64,000 bases of DNA, from IMG/VR virus record IMGVR_UViG_3300027860_000007, positions 10,400 through 74,399 of that record, one strand, 5' to 3'. Both the position numbers and the translations under genes were made by a program. Under the pieces are notes generated by a model. That model saw only the letters and a list, made by a program, of their open reading frames with translations. It did not search any database and was not told the origin of the DNA. This document shows positions 51,390 to 60,796 of the stretch, piece after piece. This stretch comes from a virus. Each line of letters opens with the position of its first letter. The first letter of the stretch is position 1.

Positions 51390-51654
51390 TTTTCTCTTCC
51401 CATTCGGTAATAGCTTTTATTATGTGCCTATAAACCAGTCCCCTAGTATGACTACACTCTATATGTGCAGAAAATTTTTCTGCTATTTCTTCTTTTTCTT
51501 CATAAATTTTATCCTGTGGCTCAAAATATTTTTTCTATAATCCAATCAAGTTGTTTTTGACGGCTTCGTTTGTTTTTTTAGCTTCTGCATCCAGTTTTTC
51601 AATGTTGCTTGGCAGTAACTCTATTGTGTAAGTTTTGGCTTTTTCTTCTGTCAT
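51340..51654 (-). pseudogene. Disrupted ribbon-helix-helix-like gene
   Basis: AGGA RBS; in-frame TAG bracketed by two compensating A-run indels; restored frame reads AKKNKRSRQKQLDWIIEKYF. Confidence 0.5.
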
Positions 51655-51665
51655 AAAATTATCCT

Positions 51666-51992
51666 TTATTTTGATGTTCTAATTTTAGCTTTTGGGTGTT
51701 TTTCTGCAAATTCCAATATTCCAGTTATAAATTTTAGAAAACCTTTAACGGTACCCCAACCATTCCCCTTTTTTTCTAGCTCTATTAATCTATCCATATA
51801 GTATTTTTCTTGTGCTAGAATCAAGGCATAACGAAGCGGTAAAATTAAACTTTTTGCTTTTTTTATTCCCATTTCTTCGGCACGCCAAAGGAAAAAGTAA
51901 ATACCTAATTCTGAAGCCATAACATTGCAATTATGAGTAATATTCCCTGAATATGAATCAAACCCATCATTCATTTCAAAATCTAAAGACAT
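51666..51992 (-). CDS. hypothetical phage protein
   Basis: MSLD...NITHN...M...NGWG pattern. Confidence 0.6.
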   Translation of the reverse strand: MSLDFEMNDGFDSYSGNITHNCNVMASELGIYFFLWRAEEMGIKKAKSLILPLRYALILAQEKYYMDRLIELEKKGNGWGTVKGFLKFITGILEFAEKHPKAKIRTSK

Positions 51993-52156
51993 ATCTTTTA
52001 CTCCTCAATATTGCTAGTTAAAATATCAATTAGCTTTTGACGGTTTTCTTGCATAATATCTACGCAATCATCATGTCTTCTTGATTTTTTAGCAAAATAA
52101 TCAATCTTTTTTGCCAGCCTCTAAGGCTTCTCTTGCTTCTTGTTCGTTCATTGTCT

Positions 52157-52525
52157 TTATTCCAAATCATCAGGATGAATATCAAAAAGTTCGCTTATTC
52201 CATTTCTAAAACCATCTTTAACTGCTTTTAATTTTTCTTCTAAAACTGCTATTCTTGCATCTTTTTCATCAATGCCTTTTTCAAGCATTAATTCAGCAGT
52301 TGATGCACTTTCAGGGTTAACATAATCAAGAGTACTCCAACCAGAAACAGAATAACCAATTAGCATAGCAAGCTGTTCACGATCTTCGCTAGAAAACTCT
52401 AAACTAGCTATATCATTTAATCCTATATTACTATTTTCAATTAAATGCTTAACGATAGCGTTTTCTTTAAATCTTGCCCAGCCATCTTTGCATATAATTG
52501 GCTGCATAGGGTGTCTAATTGTCAT
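52157..52525 (-). CDS. hypothetical phage protein
   Basis: HPMQPI...RFKENAIV...QLA.LIGYSVSG. Confidence 0.65.
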   Translation of the reverse strand: MTIRHPMQPIICKDGWARFKENAIVKHLIENSNIGLNDIASLEFSSEDREQLAMLIGYSVSGWSTLDYVNPESASTAELMLEKGIDEKDARIAVLEEKLKAVKDGFRNGISELFDIHPDDLE

Positions 52526-52541
52526 TTATTTTTAACTTTCA

Positions 52542-52805
52542 TCAATATTTCTTAACTTCTACAGGTTTTTTATTCCCTAATTCTTTAATAAGTTTATCAA
52601 CTACTTTTTGCAAAGTTTTTGATTTTATTTTTTCTTGTTCTAATAAATTTTCCAGATTGTCTAAATGCACATGAAGTTCCAAAATATATTCGTTAATTTC
52701 TTCATCAGTATTTAATTCATAAGATTCTGGTGTAAAATTTTTCCTCTTATGTTCAAAAGATTTTATGTCGACAATTTTGCTATCTTCTTTAGTTTCATCC
52801 GTCAT
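52542..52805 (-). CDS. hypothetical protein
   Basis: GGAG RBS; promoter TTGACT(52877-52872)-17-TAGAAT. Confidence 0.55.
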   Translation of the reverse strand: MTDETKEDSKIVDIKSFEHKRKNFTPESYELNTDEEINEYILELHVHLDNLENLLEQEKIKSKTLQKVVDKLIKELGNKKPVEVKKY

Positions 52806-52873
52806 AAAATCTCCGTTGAGTTAGTTAATAGTTATAATTCATTTTTTAATTCTATATCAAAGATGGATAAAAG

Positions 52874-53266
52874 TCAAGCCTCTTTAACTAAAAAAAGGTC
52901 ATCGTTCTTCAATAAAGCTATTTTTGTGTCATATGAACCGCTATCGTTCAAAAATAAAACCTTAAATCTATGTTCTAAGTTATCAATGTCAAATCCTAAT
53001 GATTCAACAATATCCAAAGCGTTTTCTGCCGCATATTCCCAAACATCATGACTTGATCTGCTATGAATAATTACATTATCAACATCATTATAACATTTTA
53101 CTATAGCTCCGTTAATAGTGTTGCCATCTTCTATAAGCTGAGTGCTAGTGTCTTTTCCATTATAAATCTCTAAAGTAAATGTCCAAGTCTTATCAATTCT
53201 TTGAATGACTTGAAAGTCTATTCTATAGTCTGACAATTCTAAAATATTTATAGTGGATTCATTCAT
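52874..53266 (-). CDS. hypothetical protein
   Basis: Intact ORF. Confidence 0.5.
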   Translation of the reverse strand: MNESTINILELSDYRIDFQVIQRIDKTWTFTLEIYNGKDTSTQLIEDGNTINGAIVKCYNDVDNVIIHSRSSHDVWEYAAENALDIVESLGFDIDNLEHRFKVLFLNDSGSYDTKIALLKNDDLFLVKEA

Positions 53267-53571
53267 AATTTATTTTTTTCGTAATCTATTTTAATTTCTG
53301 GTTGATTGCGATATTCTTTATAGGTTAAAGTAAAATTCAGATTGCTATGCGTTCTCAGTTGCACAAACATTGCCAAATCTTGAGCAGGCTTTAATGGTGG
53401 CATTTCTAAATTATTATAACGATCATGTTTAAGCAGTACTTCTAAATTTAGCATAATATCTTTTTGAATATCAATATTATTATCATTTTCAATTTCTATA
53501 GTCAAGATTACTAGAGAGCCTTTCTCAAATTTTGTAAATCTAAATAATAAGTTTCAAAAATCTTTAACATT

Positions 53572-53889
53572 TTATTTCTCAAAAGTCATTTCAAATTCAG
53601 GTTCGCCTAATATAGAAACGGATAATGCAAAATCTCTTTTACTATATGTAACATTTTTAATATTTGAACACAAATAATCAGTTATTGCTAATGATGAACA
53701 TTTACTCGCAAGTTCACTTTCAATTATGTTTTTTATCATTAGTTCAAAGTCTTCTGTATTAAATGAAAAAATATCCATTTCTTCATTATATTCATTAAGA
53801 TTTGGAATTTCTATTTTTAACGTAATAGCATAATCAACATTTTTATATGTTTTTCCATTTAAAGCATATTTTTCAAAAGTTTTTTTCAT
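53572..53889 (-). CDS. hypothetical protein
   Basis: Intact ORF. Confidence 0.5.
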   Translation of the reverse strand: MKKTFEKYALNGKTYKNVDYAITLKIEIPNLNEYNEEMDIFSFNTEDFELMIKNIIESELASKCSSLAITDYLCSNIKNVTYSKRDFALSVSILGEPEFEMTFEK

Positions 53890-53934
53890 AAAAATCTTTC
53901 TTTGACTATTTTTTTATAAAATTCACAAATAAAA

Positions 53935-54483
53935 TTATTTGTTATATAATATAGCATTTATTATATCCTTATATTTAGGTCTCATTTTCTCACATATCTC
54001 ATCAATTTCTTTATAATATGCCTCTTCACCTATTGTGTCAAGTTTTTCTTTTTCTTGTTTGTAATTTTTAATACTCTTACTTGGCAAAAATCCATATTTA
54101 GGAATATGATAATATAATTGATTTTCATAACTATGAAAAATATTAACTTTTATAGAAGAATGAATATAATTTATATCCGTATAATCAATTTGTAACACAT
54201 CAACTTCTATATTTTTAGGCAAAGATGTTATATAGCATCCACTTAAACATAAGGTTTCATATTTCCCTCCTTCATGAATTAGCTCAATTTCAGGAAAAGA
54301 TAATTTTATATAATTAATATCTGGTTCTGATAGAAAAGCCATATGCCAATAATTCCTATGAGCTGGCAAAGGCGTATTTACTTTCCGCATTATTCGTAAT
54401 TGCTTCCCTAAATAATGAGAAATTAATTCCTTTTCAGAATAATTAATAAACAAATAGCATTCGTTATCCATATAGCCAATCAT
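53935..54483 (-). CDS. Mosaic paralogue family member 1
   Basis: DINYIKLSFP...HEGG...LPKN...YIHSSIK...QLY.HIPK...KNY.QEKEKL...YYKEI. Confidence 0.75.
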   Translation of the reverse strand: MIGYMDNECYLFINYSEKELISHYLGKQLRIMRKVNTPLPAHRNYWHMAFLSEPDINYIKLSFPEIELIHEGGKYETLCLSGCYITSLPKNIEVDVLQIDYTDINYIHSSIKVNIFHSYENQLYYHIPKYGFLPSKSIKNYKQEKEKLDTIGEEAYYKEIDEICEKMRPKYKDIINAILYNK

Positions 54484-54765
54484 GTAATTTTGTTTATAAT
54501 ATCACAAATAAAATTATTGTCAAACATTATTTTTTCAATTTACTTACTTTAGCTTGCAGTTCACTCATATGAATTGTCATTTTTTCCATTAATGAGATAG
54601 TATCATTCATGACTTTTACTACTCCTAAAGAAATCATATAACCACTACCATCTTTATTGCCAATGGCATTTAGTCTTTCTTTAAGAATTTTAATATCATC
54701 ACTATAAAAATTAATAGGCGTAGAAGCATTGCTTACATAATCATCATCTAACATTTTATATCCTT

Positions 54766-55575
54766 TTAATTAAGTTCTTCAATAATTTTTCTGTGTTGTA
54801 TCCAGCCTAAAAAATTTCCTTGGTATTTTTTATCTTTTTTATAAATTAGCGGGGTTGCTTGATGTTCGGCTGGAGAGGCATGTAAAGGTTTGCTTGTTAT
54901 TAATCTATCATATAGTATAATATCTTTATCAATACTTGGATTTTTACCATCATGGGTAAGATAACTAACCCTTGCACATCGTGCAGTAGATATTTTTTTC
55001 TTTATTTCTAAATCTAAATTTTCTTCATCTTCTCTTACAAAAGGCAAATGCCATTCATTTTTTAAAAGTAACTTAGGAGTACTGTTTTGGGTAGCAACTT
55101 TCATTTGGATAGCTAATTCTCTGATTTCTGGCTGTGCATCAGCATGATCTCTTAAAGTAAAGAAATTATCAAATTCTGTAGCAGTAACTAAAGTTCGCAT
55201 ATACATAAAAGGTTCAGTAATTCTATTAGCAATTTGCTTATGAATACCTAACGATGCTAGTTTTTCGCTTTGGTTACAAGCAAGCTCACAAGATTCTAAC
55301 CAAATTTTCTTTGCTTCTTCAATGTTTTCTATTTGAGTATTTGCTTGCATTCCTGGTTGATTTGCTCCCCAATGAATAGGCATAGCTGGTTCATTTCTTA
55401 TATCTTCTATCATCTTCTTAATAGGAATTGCTCGTGAGCTTGCAGCATTTCTACTAAATACTCGATGAGTCATTAATTCACCATGTATAAAGCGACAATA
55501 GATAAGTTCTAAAGTTATAATTCTTTTATTTGCTAGAGAAATGCTATCTAATATAACTTTAGCTGAAATTTTCAT
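54766..55575 (-). CDS. thyX: Flavin-dependent thymidylate synthase
   Basis: ELMTHRVFSRNAASSRAIP, NR..EP, LR....AQPEI, ARCARVSY, HASP.EH. Confidence 0.88.
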   Translation of the reverse strand: MKISAKVILDSISLANKRIITLELIYCRFIHGELMTHRVFSRNAASSRAIPIKKMIEDIRNEPAMPIHWGANQPGMQANTQIENIEEAKKIWLESCELACNQSEKLASLGIHKQIANRITEPFMYMRTLVTATEFDNFFTLRDHADAQPEIRELAIQMKVATQNSTPKLLLKNEWHLPFVREDEENLDLEIKKKISTARCARVSYLTHDGKNPSIDKDIILYDRLITSKPLHASPAEHQATPLIYKKDKKYQGNFLGWIQHRKIIEELN

Positions 55576-55609
55576 TTATAATCCTTTTTATTGATTATTC
55601 ATTCTACTA

Positions 55610-56158
55610 TTATTTTGCTAAATTGTCTAAATGATTTTTTCTTATTATCTCATATTGCTCATCGACTATTTTATAATATTCTTTTTCACCTAATTTTAAT
55701 AGTTTTTCTTTTTCTTGTTCATAATTTTTAATACCATAACTAGAAAAGCCGTCATAAATTACGCATTTAGGAATATGATATAATTGATTATCATAACTAT
55801 GAAAAATATTAATTTTTATAGAAGAATGAATATAATGAATACCCGTAGCGTATTCAAGATACAAATTATCAACTTCTATATTTTTAGGAAAAACTTTTAT
55901 ATTAGTATAATTAAAATTTAAGTAATCATATTTCCCTCCTTCGTGAACTAGCTCAATTTTAGGAAAAGATAATTTTATATAATTAATATCTGATTCTGAT
56001 AGTAACGCCATATGCCAATAAATCCCATGAGCTGGTAAAGGTAAAGGCATATTTACTTTCCGCATTATTTGCAAGGACTTCCCTAAATAATGAGAAATTA
56101 ATTCCTTTTCAGAATAATTAATAAACAAATAGCATTCGTTATCCATATAGCCAATCAT
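55610..56158 (-). CDS. Mosaic paralogue family member 2
   Basis: First 27 aa identical to member 1. Confidence 0.75.
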   Translation of the reverse strand: MIGYMDNECYLFINYSEKELISHYLGKSLQIMRKVNMPLPLPAHGIYWHMALLSESDINYIKLSFPKIELVHEGGKYDYLNFNYTNIKVFPKNIEVDNLYLEYATGIHYIHSSIKINIFHSYDNQLYHIPKCVIYDGFSSYGIKNYEQEKEKLLKLGEKEYYKIVDEQYEIIRKNHLDNLAK

Positions 56159-56456
56159 GTAATTTTTTAAAATCTGTAAAAGAAGTTATGCCATCATCTA
56201 TATTAGAATCGTATATTTTTAAATATTCTACCTTATCAGGATAAAAATGTAAAGTTATTTTTCTATTGATTTTATCATTCCAGCATTCTAATGTTACAAT
56301 TCCATCTTGATTGTTACTTATTAAACTATTTGATAGCTTACCAACATGTTGAATAAACTCCTTAGCTTTAGCAACAGAATCAACTTTTGGTTTTGCTGAA
56401 CCATGTCCATCCCAATTTTCTTCTCTTTTAGATAATTCATTTAATGTTTCAATCAT
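56139..56456 (-). CDS. hypothetical protein
   Basis: L..NWDG.G...P motif. Confidence 0.6.
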   Translation of the reverse strand: MIETLNELSKREENWDGHGSAKPKVDSVAKAKEFIQHVGKLSNSLISNNQDGIVTLECWNDKINRKITLHFYPDKVEYLKIYDSNIDDGITSFTDFKKLHDWLYG

Positions 56457-56991
56457 GATTAGTTCTTAACCTTTCACATATATTTGAAATATTTTCAAGA
56501 TATTTTTTCTTGTCAGACTGCATCAGTATTTTATATTGTTCATCATAATCTTTAATTTTAAAGGGATATGTCGTATTGTAACCTATTGGTAGATAAAATC
56601 TATCATCTGTTTTATCATATAACAAAGGAAAATGATAAAGCTGTAGTTTATTGCACCAAATTTCTTCTACCTTTATAGAAGGATCAACAAACTCTATATT
56701 GCTATTGTAAATATCTAAAGTCTCTAAATTCATATTCTTAGGTAAAACAATATTTGGATAACCTCTAATCATTAAATTCTTTAATGTACAACCTTCATAA
56801 AACATTTCTAAATCAGGAAATGCTAGTTTTAAATAATTTATTTCGTTTTGATCTAAAAACAATTTATACATCCAAAGCGATAACCTAATATATATCTTAG
56901 AATTGCCTAATAGTGACATAACGTCATCTATAGAATATAGCGGTTTATGACTATTTAATGGTATATTTAAATTAATAAAAACTTCAATCAT
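56449..56991 (-). CDS. Mosaic paralogue family member 3
   Basis: EINYLKLAFP..EG..LPKN..PSIKV..QLYHFP. Confidence 0.7.
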   Translation of the reverse strand: MIEVFINLNIPLNSHKPLYSIDDVMSLLGNSKIYIRLSLWMYKLFLDQNEINYLKLAFPDLEMFYEGCTLKNLMIRGYPNIVLPKNMNLETLDIYNSNIEFVDPSIKVEEIWCNKLQLYHFPLLYDKTDDRFYLPIGYNTTYPFKIKDYDEQYKILMQSDKKKYLENISNICERLRTNHD

Positions 56992-57182
56992 TGTGGATTT
57001 GCAATCAGAAAATATATATCTGAAAACGATAATTTTAGTAAGGATATTTCTGAATCATCTAGTAACCCTACTATCCAGTAACGTTTTTTAATAGAAAAAT
57101 CTTTATTCAAGAAATGCTTTACCATTTCAACGGTTTCTTTGGTTGTGTCTTCATTCAAAAATCTAAAATAACAAAGTTTCAT
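56988..57182 (-). CDS. Mosaic paralogue family member 4 (N-terminal module only)
   Basis: MKLCY...SEISLLKLSF then stop. Confidence 0.55.
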   Translation of the reverse strand: MKLCYFRFLNEDTTKETVEMVKHFLNKDFSIKKRYWIVGLLDDSEISLLKLSFSDIYFLIANPQ

Positions 57183-57676
57183 ATTATTAACCTAGCAATT
57201 TCGCTTTCGTACATTTTCTCACATATCTCATCAATTTCTTTATAATATGCCTCTTCACCTATTCTGTCAAGTTTTTCTTTTTCTTGTTTATAATTTTTAA
57301 CTATTATAGTACTATATAATTTTCCATGTTTGGGAATATGATATAATTGTGAATTTCTTGCATAAATTTCACCCGTAATTGTTGTTGTCGAATGAATATA
57401 ATGAATATCCGTATAAACAATATAGTACTCATTAACTTCTATATTTTTAGGAAGACATGTTATTTTATTACAATTAGATAAATCTAAAAAATCATATTTC
57501 CCTCCTTCATGAACTATTAAAGTTTTAGGAAAAGATAATTTTATATAATTTATATCTGGTTCTGATAGTAACGCCATATGCCAATCAGCACTTTTATCTA
57601 TTATGACGTTAGTTCCTAACAGTGCTTTTACTTTTTCAAGTTTGTTATAATCAGATTGAATATAACAAAGTTTCAT
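57179..57676 (-). CDS. Mosaic paralogue family member 5
   Basis: Start MKLCY; family motifs; C-terminus shared with members 1 and 9. Confidence 0.75.
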   Translation of the reverse strand: MKLCYIQSDYNKLEKVKALLGTNVIIDKSADWHMALLSEPDINYIKLSFPKTLIVHEGGKYDFLDLSNCNKITCLPKNIEVNEYYIVYTDIHYIHSTTTITGEIYARNSQLYHIPKHGKLYSTIIVKNYKQEKEKLDRIGEEAYYKEIDEICEKMYESEIARLII

Positions 57677-58181
57677 ATTTAGCAATTTCATTTTTAATTC
57701 CAGTATTGCATATTTCTTCTATTTCCTTATAATAGGCATATTCTCCCATTCTGTCAAGTTTTTCTTTTTCTTGTTCATAATTTTTAATAAAATCAAATCT
57801 ATATCCAGAAATTGATTTAGGAATATGATATAATTGATTTGTACAAGCAATTAACATATTACATTTAATAGAAGGATGAATATAATGAATACATGAACCA
57901 TCAATTTGTAACACATCAATTTCTAAATTTTTAGGAAGATACTCCATCTTGTTGCTATGACAAAGTACTTTATCTAATTTTGCTCCTTCATGTAAAATCT
58001 GAATGTTATTAATGGCTAAACGTAAATAAGAAATATCTGAATCTGAAAGAAATGCGACATGCCAATAATAACTAAATTTTTTATAAAATATCTTATTGCT
58101 TGCAAGAAATTCATATGCAAAGTCACTTTGGTCATAGTTATTATGACAGTTAAAACTAAAATAACAAAATTTTTTATTCAT
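57651..58181 (-). CDS. Mosaic paralogue family member 6
   Basis: Family motifs; C-terminus shared with member 8. Confidence 0.75.
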   Translation of the reverse strand: MNKKFCYFSFNCHNNYDQSDFAYEFLASNKIFYKKFSYYWHVAFLSDSDISYLRLAINNIQILHEGAKLDKVLCHSNKMEYLPKNLEIDVLQIDGSCIHYIHPSIKCNMLIACTNQLYHIPKSISGYRFDFIKNYEQEKEKLDRMGEYAYYKEIEEICNTGIKNEIAKYETLLYSI

Positions 58182-58671
58182 TTCTTAATTTCTCGCAAAT
58201 ATCAGATATTTCTTTATAATAAGCATCTCGTCCTATCTTCATCAACTTTTCATATTCATAATTAAAATCTTTTACTATGCTATTATTAAAATATAAAAAA
58301 TTAGCATGAAAAGGAATATGAAATAATTGTTGTGGATCAGCAATTAAAGTTTCTACTTTTATCGTGGGGTCAAGATGTTTAATATGTGACTTTCTAATAA
58401 AAAGATAATTAAAAGTTATATTTTTAGGCAATGTTAAAATTTTTGTATCAGTGAAATCAGCATAAAGCTGAGTACATTCTTCGTAAGTAAATCCGTCATA
58501 ATTAGGAAATGCGATTTTTATTAAATTAATATCTGATTTTGTTAAAAAAGTTTTAAAAACGCTCTTCCCAATATGTTTATGACTACTTTTGTCATCGCCT
58601 ATAATATGCCAAAAATTATTGGAATACCCATCTATTTCTGTGTTATAATATAGTTCTGTTTTATAATCCAT
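58174..58671 (-). CDS. Mosaic paralogue family member 7
   Basis: SDINLIKIAFP..LPKN..QLFHIP..AYYKEI. Confidence 0.7.
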   Translation of the reverse strand: MDYKTELYYNTEIDGYSNNFWHIIGDDKSSHKHIGKSVFKTFLTKSDINLIKIAFPNYDGFTYEECTQLYADFTDTKILTLPKNITFNYLFIRKSHIKHLDPTIKVETLIADPQQLFHIPFHANFLYFNNSIVKDFNYEYEKLMKIGRDAYYKEISDICEKLRNE

Positions 58672-59236
58672 ACAATTTTAACCTAGAAATTTCATTTTTA
58701 ATTCTACCATCACATATTTCTTCTATTTCTTTGTAATAGGCATATTCTCCCATTCTGTCACGCTTTTCTTCTTCAAACCGAAAATTTCTAATGTTAGCCT
58801 GATAGATTTCATTTGCTTGTAGCACAGCCCCTCGTCTACTATAAGTAATGTTAAAAGATTTTGGAATATGATAAAGTTGTTCACTACTAAGATCAAATTC
58901 TTTTACTTTTATAGAAGGATGAATATAATGAATATCTGACCTCTCTATAAGTAAAAAATCTACTTCTATATCTTTAGGTAGCAAATCGATTCTTTGATTA
59001 CGCAAATATAACGTCTTATGTGTTGAACCTTCATATATTAAAACTAACTTAGGAAAACTTAATTTTAAATAATTTATATCTGAAGAAGTAAGTAAAGTTA
59101 CAAATAAACTATATGAAATTCTTTTAAAGCGTTTATTTCCTAATAATGGAATTGTTTCATTAAGCAAATCGCACCAACTAAAATCATCTACCCCTCCCCA
59201 ATTTACTTGGATATAAACTAATTTTTCTTTTTCCAT
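58661..59236 (-). CDS. Mosaic paralogue family member 8
   Basis: SDINYLKLSFP..EG..LPKD..YIHPSIK..QLYHIPK. Confidence 0.75.
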   Translation of the reverse strand: MEKEKLVYIQVNWGGVDDFSWCDLLNETIPLLGNKRFKRISYSLFVTLLTSSDINYLKLSFPKLVLIYEGSTHKTLYLRNQRIDLLPKDIEVDFLLIERSDIHYIHPSIKVKEFDLSSEQLYHIPKSFNITYSRRGAVLQANEIYQANIRNFRFEEEKRDRMGEYAYYKEIEEICDGRIKNEISRLKLYGL

Positions 59237-59238
59237 AG

Positions 59239-59825
59239 TTAATCTTCAACATAATAGTCAATAGCTTTCATGGCTATTACAAAAAAAATCCATAACAATA
59301 AGCATATTCTTAAAGGTATAGAATGGAAAGTCCAGAACACATCAACCATAATAAATGCTACACTAGCATAAGGTACAATGGTCATAACTAAAATAAATAA
59401 CCAATTTTCTTTAAAAAAATACTTCATAATTATCCTTGACAATTTTTATCATGGAATTCTAACACTTTCCCTAAAGTAATAAAACTCCAAATTATTAACA
59501 CAAATCTACAAATTAAATGGGTTGGTATCCAATTAATATCAAAAACAACAAAAGATATAAGCAGGTACGGAAAAACACACCCAATCAAAATGAAAGATAG
59601 CCAACTTTTTAAATTTTTATTCATAAATCTTTACCTAAAATATTTTACAAAATTACCAGAAACATAAATTATCCAAATGAACCATAAAGCAGTAGCCAAC
59701 ATAACTAAAGTTCTATGTTCGCTAACGATATTAATAGTAAAAGCCTGGTTAATGTAAGATGTTATCGCTAAAGGAACAAAAAAAGCAATTAAACCAAAAA
59801 TAGCAATAAACAATATAAATTTCAT
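59239..59825 (-). CDS. Three tandem small two-TM membrane proteins (59239-59442, 59430-59624, 59631-59825)
   Basis: 64-67 aa ORFs, each with two hydrophobic helices and a Pro in helix 1. Confidence 0.55.
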
Positions 59826-59939
59826 AAATTTTCCTTATATAATTTGGATAACATACACTGTCCACTTTTTTTGCTCATCGCTTACAAATCTTCAGCATAT
59901 GTTATCCAAATTATATTTTCATATCTTAACATGAATAAA

Positions 59940-60461
59940 TTAGAATGGCAAGAAATTTTTATAACTTTCTTCGTACATTTTCTCACATATCTCATCAATT
60001 TCTTTATAATATGCCTCTTCACCTATTCTGTCAAGTTTTTCTTTTTCTTGTTTGTAATTTTTAATAGCATAAAGTGAATCATATCTATATTTAGGAATAT
60101 GATATAATTGATAAATAGAAGTAAATAATTTATTATATTTAATAGAAGAATGAACATAGTGAATATCACTAGATCTAATATCTAATATATTAGAGGTTAT
60201 ATTTTTAGGCAATAGCTTAAAAGTAGTTTTAATAATAAATGTTGTCTCTAAATAATTACCGCCTTCATGAAATAGATTAATATTAGGAGAACATAATTTT
60301 ATATAATTTATATCTGATTCTGATAACCAAGTTTGGTAGTAAAAATCTTTTTTACCAATCTTATCAGTAATTACTTCACTAACTATGAAATCATTAAGAA
60401 TATAATGTACAAATTGACTTGCATGTCTATAGATATAACATAATTTCAAATCATTAGACAT
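59940..60461 (-). CDS. Mosaic paralogue family member 9
   Basis: Family motifs; N-terminus shared with member 10. Confidence 0.75.
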   Translation of the reverse strand: MSNDLKLCYIYRHASQFVHYILNDFIVSEVITDKIGKKDFYYQTWLSESDINYIKLCSPNINLFHEGGNYLETTFIIKTTFKLLPKNITSNILDIRSSDIHYVHSSIKYNKLFTSIYQLYHIPKYRYDSLYAIKNYKQEKEKLDRIGEEAYYKEIDEICEKMYEESYKNFLPF

Positions 60462-60465
60462 TATA

Positions 60466-60615
60466 TTAGCTCATCTTTCTTAACATTACTTCACTAAACC
60501 ATTCTCTTCCACGAAACCATCTGCAAAATACCTTATTTCCATTATAACTAACAACCGTCATTTTTAGTCCACCAGAATTTAATTGTACCAAATCTCCTAT
60601 TTTGAATTTAGCCAT
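60466..60615 (-). CDS. YodC/DUF2158-like small protein (not in ORF track)
   Basis: MAKFKIGDLVQLNSGGLKMTV...FCRWF; AAGGA RBS. Confidence 0.7.
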   Translation of the reverse strand: MAKFKIGDLVQLNSGGLKMTVVSYNGNKVFCRWFRGREWFSEVMLRKMS

Positions 60616-60796
60616 GTTATATTCCTTTCAAAAAAATTATTATTTTTATAAAAAATTTAGGTCAGTTAAAATTTATCTTGCTAGATGAATTTTTTCAAAA
60701 TCTATTTCACCATTAACCATAACAAACCCGTTTTTGTCTTCGTCAGACTTCCAATGTCATCAGAATCAAAATATTTTTTACATTCATTAAAAATAA

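Noticed and set aside
17271-60077. Plus-strand ORFs antisense to real genes (e.g. 17271, 32791, 38596, 49547, 50413)
   Set aside because: Ser/Leu/Phe-rich antisense shadows of well-supported minus-strand genes
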